IMG/VR virus record: IMGVR_UViG_3300032290_001460 | Span: 42,309 to 106,308 of that record | DNA from: a virus | Taxonomy: Duplodnaviria; Caudoviricetes | Reading direction: 5' to 3' (one strand) | DNA length: 64,000 bases | Part shown: positions 36,501-43,865 of the stretch, one piece after another | Layout: every line of letters starts with the position of its first letter | Numbering within the stretch: the first letter of the stretch is position 1 | Position numbers and translations under genes: made by a program | Notes under the pieces: model-generated | The model's database searches: none | Seen by the model: only the letters and a program-made list of their open reading frames with translations | What the model was told of the DNA's origin: nothing

Positions 36501-38807
36501 CAAGAAAGACTGCGCCGTTCCAAACTGACTACGGGGTGGAAGGTTAACCCACAATCTCTCAACGACCGTGGGCCCTCATTTATGAGGCTTGAGAAAAAAT
36601 TAGAATTAGTAAATAGTGATGGCGAAACTTTATTTACTTCAAAGAAAATTAAATTACAAAAAAAGAATTCATTCAACAATCAAGAAGTGGAATATATTTT
36701 TGTTCCTAGAACTTTTTTTTCACTCTATGATGGCGATGATTTGTCTCAAGCAATTTTTGTATTAAATGCCGAACTATCTAAATTTGATATTAGCAATATA
36801 AGCATAGATGATTTATTTGATTTTCCTGATACAGAAAATGGTCAATGGATTCGTGAACAATTAAATAAATTCATCGAATACCGCAAGAATTCAGACAGAT
36901 TCCTTGAACAAATAAACGGTGGATTTAAAACACTTTCCGAAGAAGCAAAAAAGACTGCTTCTAGTATTGAAGAAATAGATACTTCCGAAATCGAGGATAT
37001 TGATGTATTGGATGGCGTATTCACCCATACCAAAGATAGAATTCAGGCTATCAAAACAGGACAAATAGGAGCCATAGACCAAATAGGTGGAGTTGAACAT
37101 GAATTTGGCCATATCGCTCTTGGTTTGGGTTTCGATAGACATGGTGACTTTGCATCACAATATGCCGCCCATCTCATGCATGGAGGCCAGCCGTACATAG
37201 GTATAGTAGTCAACGCAATTAACTCCATACAGGCTGGAGGTTTTGCTCGCGACGAAAACGGTAATAATGATGGTACTTTCGTTATCCCACTGTGGTCGGA
37301 TGTACCAGAATCCATGTGGGGCTGGCCAGATGGTTCGTCGTCTCGTTCGACTAGGGGTAGTCGTGGCGCTCCTTCATTTGCCAAGAACCTCAAGAATGAA
37401 GAAGATATTCCCGATACTGGTGTTGCCCCATTAACAAAAGATGGATATCTGGATGTTCCTCAGCCTATTGAAGTTGGAAATAAAGCGGAACTCCCAAATG
37501 GTGAAACAATGGTTCTTGATTCCCCTGAAGCATCTATAAATTTTGTTTCTCAAGGTGGCTCACTTTCCCAAGTACCAGACACACATTTAGCACAAGCAAT
37601 AAAAGATAATGCTAGTCAAAATCCGCAAGATGGAAAACGTTTTAATGTTTTGGGTTCAGGTGGAGGCGTACATGGCATGCTCCGTCTGGAAGATACCACC
37701 AATGGCGGAATGATTGGTTTTAAATACTCTAATGGTCTTGGTGGGTATGGTGAACTCCTTGAAGATGGACCACGCAATGAAGTTATTTCAGAAATTGTTG
37801 CTGAAATATTTGGTTTTCCCGCCATGCCAATGAGACTGGTTCGTCGAGACGCTAAAGATTTTGCTCCAGGTGAACCTACATTCTCCCTTATTACTAATTT
37901 GGCCCATAATTCTTATACTGGCCAACTAACACCAGGCGGCGCAAATTATGCTGACCGTAAAAGTTCGTTTTCTAATTCAATTTTCTGGGGAGAGCAAGTC
38001 GCGTCGCTAGAGCAACGTCTTAGGATGCTCTTACTAGATTCTGTAATAGCAAATGAAGATAGACATAGAATGAATATGCTAGTTTCTACTGATGATAATG
38101 GAAATTCATCATTGATACCCATTGACCATTCTTGGGGCCTTGAGAGGCGTCTTCCAGGGCATCCTTCAAAAAAGGGTGTAAATTTTCTTGAAGAAGTATT
38201 CTTGTACGAAAGAGGAACTTCAAGCAGAAGAGATTTTCCATTTAATGATGTTTTTCTTACGATTGATAGTGAAGAAAAATATTCTGAATTTATTAAAATT
38301 ATTGAAGAAATACAAAAAGAAGTTAGTTCTGCAGATATTCAAGATGCGACAAATCGCATGAAAAAGGTTAATGAAATAGTCAATACTACTGAGAATGTTG
38401 ATTTTGCAGATAATCTTACTTGGAGTTTGTCCGACCTTAGGGATAGGTTGGATAGATTCTTAGGGGCTGATGCTGAGGAAATTGCTGGCCGTATTTTACC
38501 TAAAGAAATTATTGGACATAATGCTGCGATTAATAAAGCACTTTCGCTGGATAGAATGCTGACACAAGAAGAGTTAATTGAAATTGCAGAAAAATATAAG
38601 TCGGATGCAAGATTGTTGAAACTAGCCGTACTGGCCTTTTTGGAAAGTATCGAAATGATTGAACCTCCAAAAAATTATTCGGTACGCCCATCCGTTGACC
38701 GTCATAGGTCGTCATATCAAGATGCAATGGAATTTTACTTAAGAGATAAAGATGCTTATGAGGCATTCATTAAAAAAATTCCGCCCGACCAGAGACTGGA
38801 TTCATAG
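30585..38807 (+). CDS. Giant 2740-aa polyvalent protein: zincin, zeta-toxin-like P-loop kinase, pentapeptide repeats, ArdC-like antirestriction module, HEFGH domain, HipA/PI3K-like kinase
   Basis: HELAH at 31953. GTSGSGKST at 32646. A[DN]Lxx repeats at ~33480-34400. WERPW/PRNAITGKPYAGGN/HELVHWTGH/YAYEELVAEIGS at ~35220-36070. HEFGH at 37098. DSVIANEDRHRMN...LIPIDHS at ~38040-38130. Confidence 0.88.
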   Translation: MNPKSSATIAKMRALRQAKELGCSGAHQTEDGIWRPCASADELIKFGKINEQGDDSKIRGRSSRGVNKIRRQWETPKRREYVAVDTISNADLANSISFKADWYAPSDNDVDVFTDISSAQKRSRQLGCIGVSRRVSKTGKTVWMPCTNMTDYSRVAGTTALGRRHLREQAKRTILDVVEQSKKPLKNRKKSLLSEMSINPNVTLVKALGPKVGNIGRPSGPVAVDISGTIDADMDGIVFEGTPKARPIIPRVNTPDIQNLDNVSQQVTPDVLSPEEPQDTEKKLRRNQRAAGLVAKIRTSRLNKLTPTNDMYRNSNISKMINDSFPSTEAELMESLKSNPYSRKNWEKIHASIVKAKPDWEETAKIKDFLLDMAGESGDNGGLQKLIRMHGLPTVVATKNQPRHNLFQRKFWEYTTGAYHSDGYIAFNAGAFGRKGSSWWMGYDSMSDADLKHDLRHELAHAFQFMAIAQNQQAKDNFANSFVDDFMTTLEKPEDTSNRRRTKLSMDLSWGEPEEIVDAQKISEYATTSRIEYFAESLATALSGDRKEMSKISGQTISHMAESLGLSMPEMLDIIGRNNEGDFNNINILSRSRSQRINKIDKPLVEFANNNPQLLDEIPMRIRKNMSPEAVAAGRELRIDGRRAYSVERTANGTVVGSGGMAVTRKIIGNVDNDFKNKPDKKLYMVAGTSGSGKSTLIERGLIPDMPTEKMAAHLDIDRFKQGLSGYNNGEGAVRVHPAARAALQKTIDASAVKGIDVVLQGYGNDSSQLRRAKSMGYETIGHFVHTPKSVASKRVEDREKSGGPQIGSELSQILSDELPSIVSQQIQRGLYDEFYLWDNKKSYDALDPNAKSIKPELIAYRKNDGSYAIENEFLFNKFFGNESKNIKQYWEMNNNQDDVDEISEPSINSYSENNGRIEYKKFTGFNSSNAIKDDDVKDSDISNYVFDNQVFSDKINMASKNANHSSFSFTKLKESKFNASKLFGAKFNSADLRDADFNSLNDKQITDLRYADFSNAILTNANMRGALLQGTHFAHADLRNVDFRSANLLNSNLDGANLAGANLSNAKVLKSQLTNSRWNGSTIFPDGFVPPEMTPIRLDEPSPRRLPGIFDSGTDDADKLRPYVKSGFVGMNGADNADISIPGRDLSYATIMSSNFDNSNLEGSNLFESDIVESSMVNVLLSNSDMRSSRLDNVDFSNSRMNGSNLDGATISNNTSFNGTKLRNSRLTNMTFENEPDFSGADLRNANLSNTDLSSILTDELTNLDGALFSSSKHYPKIYKGQPTVLMPFADTTNSYNSDILDTDSPIFQGLDSTKLLEFVEKNLYSKNQKSTYRGLSVDDWKQHLDSVDSHIIDNNDAIAHLGNRNDAVSKDVESLKNFRLPDGSSIDVLAYTAHNSPNKFIADVNERRDKNPDAFKNPNPELLWERAMSVREQEKRLLQQNTELQERKKELNRLLNLSKTIDALYVNNIYKNNDKPIEDPSANLIELNVSVQNVETLTNFSPRAARKINRAVNKLVDNDFVVSSRSKRDTKKSFAPKKTSKEKLDSMYQAMTDALIASLEDAKDGNWERPWKLNGMPRNAITGKPYAGGNSVILALVENGKGYEMPVWMTFKQAKALGGTVRAGEKGTECVYWARRESTKVGTDGDEEKSSFLVANFFHVFNIAQTDGIDPERFKIEELSPEQRLEALDKIVSELAPSLVEGTGDKNRAYYSPSTDGINMPPFGYFKDPLSYYQTLMHELVHWTGHTSRLDRPNMNQHGTPEYAYEELVAEIGSVFLMGILGLEPEPQEGHSIYIAGWLTKLKNDPDMVRKASAEAQKAVNLLLGKSPTLQAEYDRGFPDVDETLDAGEKVIDDSLQVVEDVVDSVTSVGDSSRSKRLPSPGEAPLESIAAIIETRDNWLVDFSNSRWLSAFGSPIVEQSENHPHVPVVRFPRIPILDKSTGLSDEDFALIDSVEYLTKEQKDALRDFGEQERLRRSKLTTGWKVNPQSLNDRGPSFMRLEKKLELVNSDGETLFTSKKIKLQKKNSFNNQEVEYIFVPRTFFSLYDGDDLSQAIFVLNAELSKFDISNISIDDLFDFPDTENGQWIREQLNKFIEYRKNSDRFLEQINGGFKTLSEEAKKTASSIEEIDTSEIEDIDVLDGVFTHTKDRIQAIKTGQIGAIDQIGGVEHEFGHIALGLGFDRHGDFASQYAAHLMHGGQPYIGIVVNAINSIQAGGFARDENGNNDGTFVIPLWSDVPESMWGWPDGSSSRSTRGSRGAPSFAKNLKNEEDIPDTGVAPLTKDGYLDVPQPIEVGNKAELPNGETMVLDSPEASINFVSQGGSLSQVPDTHLAQAIKDNASQNPQDGKRFNVLGSGGGVHGMLRLEDTTNGGMIGFKYSNGLGGYGELLEDGPRNEVISEIVAEIFGFPAMPMRLVRRDAKDFAPGEPTFSLITNLAHNSYTGQLTPGGANYADRKSSFSNSIFWGEQVASLEQRLRMLLLDSVIANEDRHRMNMLVSTDDNGNSSLIPIDHSWGLERRLPGHPSKKGVNFLEEVFLYERGTSSRRDFPFNDVFLTIDSEEKYSEFIKIIEEIQKEVSSADIQDATNRMKKVNEIVNTTENVDFADNLTWSLSDLRDRLDRFLGADAEEIAGRILPKEIIGHNAAINKALSLDRMLTQEELIEIAEKYKSDARLLKLAVLAFLESIEMIEPPKNYSVRPSVDRHRSSYQDAMEFYLRDKDAYEAFIKKIPPDQRLDS

Positions 38808-39062
38808 ATGAGATACATATATTTGACATCAGATAAGTTAATGGATACACCAGAGTCCGTGGTAACTATTGATGGTGATGAAGTGAAAGTTTATTCTGCA
38901 TCTTTGGATTTTAAGAAGATTCTTGAGGATGTCATTCAGGGCAGTTCTGGTCAAAAACTTGAAGATAAATTCAGTCGCATGTCATACTATTCTACTGAAT
39001 TCGGTGATATGAATTCTGAGATGGAAGCGGTTATCAAAAAATTAGAAAGAACTGAAAAGTAA
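38808..39062 (+). CDS. Small hypothetical protein (84 aa); candidate inhibitor or partner of the upstream effector
   Basis: The ATG abuts the TAG of the polyvalent gene. Confidence 0.65.
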   Translation: MRYIYLTSDKLMDTPESVVTIDGDEVKVYSASLDFKKILEDVIQGSSGQKLEDKFSRMSYYSTEFGDMNSEMEAVIKKLERTEK

Positions 39063-39098
39063 CAATAATTTTACTTATTGCCAAGGAGGAGGTGTGTT

Positions 39099-40688
39099 AT
39101 GAAATACGAATATAGTTCTACTAAAAATAAACTATGGTTAAAGACTTTGCCAAGAAAAGTTAGATTACTAATGCCTACAATAGGTAAGAAATCTCTTGGT
39201 GGTTCTATTGGAAGGGCTGGAGAACCTTTTGACCCCAATGCGTTTGATGGTGATATGGATGCCTTGGTCCAAGAAGGAACCCCATGGGAGCGCCCAGCAA
39301 CACCATCTGTTCCTAGGGGTGCTCGCAATATCGTGAAGCCTTCTATTATGCCGATTGAACTAGAAGGAGTGCGTTCTGTTCAGACCCCTAGTAGTTCACG
39401 TTCAGCGCGAGGCCCCTTGAACTTACCCGACCCATTGCCGCCCCCATTAGAGAATGATGCCGTCGTTGATGAGTCTGGATTTGATTTCGTTGATTCCCTT
39501 CATGCAATTGTTGAAAGGAGCCCTAAGAAACTTGGGTTAAGAAGTCAAGAGTTACAGACGTTGAAGAAGATAAAAGATAGAGACTCAGATACAGAACTAT
39601 GGGAAGTTTCTGATTTTCTTGACAATGAGACTATTCGTTCTGAATTGAAAAAACATATCTCCGAACGCATTGGGAGTAAGTTTGCTGAGAGAGCACGCGA
39701 AGATGACGACTTTTTACAAAGTTTGCTCTTGAGTTCAATTGCCCCTACTCATGGCTTATGGTCGGATATTACTGAAGCCCTTAAAGGCGATGACATTGAG
39801 GAAAAGAGACAGAAGTTACAAAAACTTATGTCTGGCACTATGGATAAAGTTACTCCAAGTCAGAAAAGTTTTATTAAAGAGTCTATTGAGTGGCTATCTG
39901 ATAGAAGTAAGAAGAAATCTGAATCATTTGATAAAAAAATTGATGTTTTGGCAATTAATAAGGCTAGTGAATATATTAACGAGTGGGCTAATAGTTCTAA
40001 TAATTCTCCTCGCTCAATGGCTTTACAGCGCATGGCCATTCAGGAATTCGGCTTGGAAGATGGAAGTTACTATCCAGAAGATTTGTTACCTCTTTCTGGG
40101 CAGAGTCTTAACGCTCAATCTATGAAACAAAGAACAGACGAAGAAGTGGACATGAATGGGATGCTTCAACGCGAATTCCTGCGCATACAGTATGAAGAAA
40201 CTCAGAGAATGCTCAAAGAACTCAATGTTCAGTCATTGTCTGTTGCAAGAGGTATGACAGTTGGCGAGAATAGTCAACTCATAAAAGATATGAATTCCAC
40301 CAATCCTGATTGGAAAGAAAATAATGTTGGGGTAGAGAAACCTCTTACATTACGTCCGCTTTCTTCGTGGGCTACAAAATCATGGGAGGCTATGAAATTT
40401 GCGTCCCCCCTGGAAGAGGGTAACGAAAATGTTCTTGCAGTAGCAAACGTACCCGCAGAGCAAGTCTTATCCCTCTCAACAACAGGGATTGGATGTTTGC
40501 CTGAGTGGGAAGCAGTTTTAGTGGCGGCGCCGGTGAATGCCAGAATATTCAATATGCCAGAGAATATTGATGATGTTGAGAATGCGGAAGAATGGTTAAT
40601 GGACCCAGCGTCATACGAAGAAAATTCTGACTTTGACTTAGATTCACTCTACGACGACGATGACGATGACTTTGACTACGAAGACTAA
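39099..40688 (+). CDS. DxDxDG-tagged protein with a C-terminal ADP-ribosyltransferase-like domain
   Basis: AGGAGGAGG precedes the ATG at 39099 (ORF track starts at 39078). Tag: KSLGG...FDPNAFDGDMDALVQEGTPWERP. R-S-E type motifs: VARGM, LSSWAT, PEWEAVLV. Confidence 0.72.
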   Translation: MKYEYSSTKNKLWLKTLPRKVRLLMPTIGKKSLGGSIGRAGEPFDPNAFDGDMDALVQEGTPWERPATPSVPRGARNIVKPSIMPIELEGVRSVQTPSSSRSARGPLNLPDPLPPPLENDAVVDESGFDFVDSLHAIVERSPKKLGLRSQELQTLKKIKDRDSDTELWEVSDFLDNETIRSELKKHISERIGSKFAERAREDDDFLQSLLLSSIAPTHGLWSDITEALKGDDIEEKRQKLQKLMSGTMDKVTPSQKSFIKESIEWLSDRSKKKSESFDKKIDVLAINKASEYINEWANSSNNSPRSMALQRMAIQEFGLEDGSYYPEDLLPLSGQSLNAQSMKQRTDEEVDMNGMLQREFLRIQYEETQRMLKELNVQSLSVARGMTVGENSQLIKDMNSTNPDWKENNVGVEKPLTLRPLSSWATKSWEAMKFASPLEEGNENVLAVANVPAEQVLSLSTTGIGCLPEWEAVLVAAPVNARIFNMPENIDDVENAEEWLMDPASYEENSDFDLDSLYDDDDDDFDYED

Positions 40689-40697
40689 GGTAAACAA

Positions 40698-40919
40698 ATG
40701 AGTAAAAACAATAAACCGATATTCGTCAATGAGAATACTTTAACCAACAGGCAATTTGACTTAGATGCAAGCAATCTTGAAGAGTTGGCAAGACTTATTG
40801 GGGTAGCGAAAGATAGCCCTGAATTTGACGAGTATTTAACTGAGGCAAATAAACTATCTTGGGTAGAAACCGCCCCTAAAGATATTCGGGATGCCATTAG
40901 GGCACGCGAAGTAAAGTAA
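40698..40919 (+). CDS. Small hypothetical protein (73 aa); candidate inhibitor or partner
   Basis: AAGGT precedes the ATG. The ORF fills the gap between two tagged effector genes. Confidence 0.65.
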   Translation: MSKNNKPIFVNENTLTNRQFDLDASNLEELARLIGVAKDSPEFDEYLTEANKLSWVETAPKDIRDAIRAREVK

Positions 40920-40928
40920 AATACTACA

Positions 40929-43865
40929 ATGCGCCCCCGTATACGTTCCACGAGATTCTATCTTCCTTCAACGAAAGCCCTAGGCGGCTCTATTGGTCGT
41001 CTCAATGAACCTTTTGACCCAGATGCCCTCGATGGGGATGAGGATGGCATAGTTCAGGATGGTACTCCTTGGGAGCGCCCGGGAATACCTGGAACGCCTA
41101 GTATCTCTGGTGGCAAGATGAGGGATGGGTCAAAAAGAGAGATTACTGCGTCCTCTGATATTGACAACACTGAGGAAATCGCCACGCCCAATGATTCCTC
41201 GGAACAAGTCCCAGTCTCGGATATTACCTTAGAAGATATCGTTGATGAACTTTTAGAAATTCTAACTCCCGAATTCTTAGAAGAAATAAATAAATTTGGG
41301 GAAGAATTTATGTTTGGCTCTGGTCGCAATGTTAGAAAAACAGTTCAAAACGTTGATGAGTGGCGCGAGATACAGGATGCCGAGTTAGTTACCGTTGACG
41401 TGTTCGAACCAGGGGAAGGACCGGGGGAAACTAAATACCCCATTCCAAAAGGGAAATACACCATAGGCTCACCTTCGATGATGAAGGCAGAAGAGCGAAT
41501 TAGGGATGTTGGGATGAGGGTCGTCCAAGGATTGATGAATTTTCTTTCTGGTTCTAGGGAGAATAGAAAAAAAATGCTCGAAGAGGCAAGGGGCCGTCTT
41601 GAAGAGTACAGAGAGACTCAAAGAGAAGTTACTGAAAAACTTGGGCTTGTTACCTGGGCTAGAAAATGGGAAATGCGTTATGCTGATGAAGATTCAAAAG
41701 AAAGGGGTAATTTTGCGAGACAACTTTATGACACGGCTAAAGAATTATTTGGTAATCATCCAGACTTGAGCCCGGATGCTGATTTTAATGAAATTGCAAT
41801 GACTAGGTCTGAAGATGTGAACTATATTGTCAATAAATATCTTTTAAATTTACTTCAGTCAGATGTTTTCAAGGCCATCGATGAAGAAGATGGGGAAGAA
41901 AGTAATATTTTTGTTAATCAGATAAATAGGCTGAAAAAAAATATTAAAGAATATGAAAAATCTTCTCGTGAAATACCGGGAGTAATTAAAGAGGACTTAG
42001 TGAGATTGCAACAATCACTTGATGAATCGATGGCTGTTAGGAAGAAGTTGATTAACCAATTAAATGATGTTGCCACTAAGCCCATTGACCCAATATACGA
42101 TGATGAAATCATTATAGAAGATTTGACTACTGAAAGTGGAAAAGAATTTTCTAGAATAATCAATGAAGAACTATTGCCTATTTCAAGAAAAATACTTCTA
42201 CAGTATCGAGATATAGAAGTAAAACTAGATGAAGAAAAAATGGATGATGTCAAACGTCAAACCGGCATGAGCCATATTGACGCTAGGGATTTAGGGGAAA
42301 TTATTAATTCCGGTGGCGCCGTAATTCCATCTAAAGTAAATTCGCGAGCAGTTACTGCAAATGAAATTATGGATGAAATTAGCCTTTTGCAAAACGCCAA
42401 AATTTCTGAAGTGATAAAAGATATTGAAGAAAGAATAGTAGAAACTGAACGTCCAGCACTGCTTCGTAAAATATTTCCTACAGGATATTGGAAGTATGAT
42501 TCAAAAACTAAAAAACCTGTCAGAAATGCGCGAAGAGAAGATGGCTCTCTAATTTTCGCCACTCCATTGACCGTGCTGTTTGCGGGCAAATCTGGCAATG
42601 GCGTGATAAAAGAAACTTTTCAAAAAGCATTAAAATCTTTTGAAATATCCAGCAAGGATATTGATGCTTATTTAAATTCATATCATGTATCAGATGAGAG
42701 TCGCGATAATGCTATGTCTCTTTTGGGGCGACGTACTGAAATAATTGACGAGATGCAAACAATTTTACGTGATGTTTTTGAAGATTTGGAAAAAAATTAT
42801 CCTGACTTAGCAGAGCAATATATGATGGGTGGCTTAAATGCCCTGAAAGAGATTGCTCGCAAGGTGCCAGAAAGTAGCACTAGTCAAAAATGGAATGACT
42901 ATATGCAAAAAATGGTAGAACTAAATAAGGAATTACAAAAAATTTTATCTGATTTAATAGATGTGCTTTCTCCTGAAGAAAAAGATAAATTAAAAAAATT
43001 GCGGGAAGATTTAGAGCAGGCAAAAGTTAAAAAAGGTGATTATATTCTAGAAAAAATTTCATCATTATCAGCAGAAATTGATGAATTATTGGCTGATAAG
43101 CCACTGACATTTTCTCAAGAATTTAAAAAATCTTTAATTAACATATTAGAAGAAATGGGCATATCTCCTTCAAAAGATTCTTTATTGGACGTAAGTAAGC
43201 CAACAATAGGTGATGGCTCCATGAAGACGACTGAAGCAAATGTTGAAAAATTTAAACAACATATTAGTGAAATTGTTCCCGAACCAATTATTCAGTTATT
43301 AAATCTTTTTCTAAAAAATAATCCTCATACGGTTCGTGCATTAACTGTCGATGAAGTCGGTGATAGGGCTGGCCATTGGAAGAAGGGTTCTCGGCAGATA
43401 GCAACAAATTTTGAGCAAAAAGTAAACTTGCATGAATTTATGCACATGATGTCAACTTATTTTCCGTTTGCATCAATGGCTGAGCAAGCGTTTCTCTATA
43501 ACCGCGGCTTAAGGGGCGAGAAAGGTTCTTCCGTAGAAGAGAGAATGGTTGATTTAGACTTTGAAGATGCCGTCTACTGGCAATACTCGGCGACTCTTGG
43601 TATACGACAGCCAGCACCCGGAGTTCGCGATTATAGGAGTAGTGACTATTATATAGAAGATGAATTTGATAAGAGATATACTGGGCGAATCTATCCTAGA
43701 GATGAACCAGAAGATTTTGCTACAGAGGTTCTCAGCACTGGAATCGAAGTTTTAGCAGACACCTATACCGGTACGGACTTTCCTGACTACGAACATCTTG
43801 CTTTAGTGATAGGTGTCCTAATAACTGCTGGTATCATGTCTAGGGATGGAATAGCAAAAATATGA
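40929..43865 (+). CDS. 978-aa DxDxDG-tagged protein with a helical/coiled-coil body and a C-terminal zincin-like metallopeptidase domain
   Basis: Tag: KALGG...FDPDALDGDEDGIVQDGTPWERP. HEFMH at 43431, followed by YTGRIY...TEVLSTGIE...DYEHLALVIG. Confidence 0.78.
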   Translation: MRPRIRSTRFYLPSTKALGGSIGRLNEPFDPDALDGDEDGIVQDGTPWERPGIPGTPSISGGKMRDGSKREITASSDIDNTEEIATPNDSSEQVPVSDITLEDIVDELLEILTPEFLEEINKFGEEFMFGSGRNVRKTVQNVDEWREIQDAELVTVDVFEPGEGPGETKYPIPKGKYTIGSPSMMKAEERIRDVGMRVVQGLMNFLSGSRENRKKMLEEARGRLEEYRETQREVTEKLGLVTWARKWEMRYADEDSKERGNFARQLYDTAKELFGNHPDLSPDADFNEIAMTRSEDVNYIVNKYLLNLLQSDVFKAIDEEDGEESNIFVNQINRLKKNIKEYEKSSREIPGVIKEDLVRLQQSLDESMAVRKKLINQLNDVATKPIDPIYDDEIIIEDLTTESGKEFSRIINEELLPISRKILLQYRDIEVKLDEEKMDDVKRQTGMSHIDARDLGEIINSGGAVIPSKVNSRAVTANEIMDEISLLQNAKISEVIKDIEERIVETERPALLRKIFPTGYWKYDSKTKKPVRNARREDGSLIFATPLTVLFAGKSGNGVIKETFQKALKSFEISSKDIDAYLNSYHVSDESRDNAMSLLGRRTEIIDEMQTILRDVFEDLEKNYPDLAEQYMMGGLNALKEIARKVPESSTSQKWNDYMQKMVELNKELQKILSDLIDVLSPEEKDKLKKLREDLEQAKVKKGDYILEKISSLSAEIDELLADKPLTFSQEFKKSLINILEEMGISPSKDSLLDVSKPTIGDGSMKTTEANVEKFKQHISEIVPEPIIQLLNLFLKNNPHTVRALTVDEVGDRAGHWKKGSRQIATNFEQKVNLHEFMHMMSTYFPFASMAEQAFLYNRGLRGEKGSSVEERMVDLDFEDAVYWQYSATLGIRQPAPGVRDYRSSDYYIEDEFDKRYTGRIYPRDEPEDFATEVLSTGIEVLADTYTGTDFPDYEHLALVIGVLITAGIMSRDGIAKI

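Noticed and set aside
25753-38810. Possible TAG stop-codon reassignment, since TAG at 25753 and 38805 is followed by an in-frame ATG
   Set aside because: ORFs of 8-13 kb are open in the standard code with no internal TAG, which would not be expected in a recoded genome.
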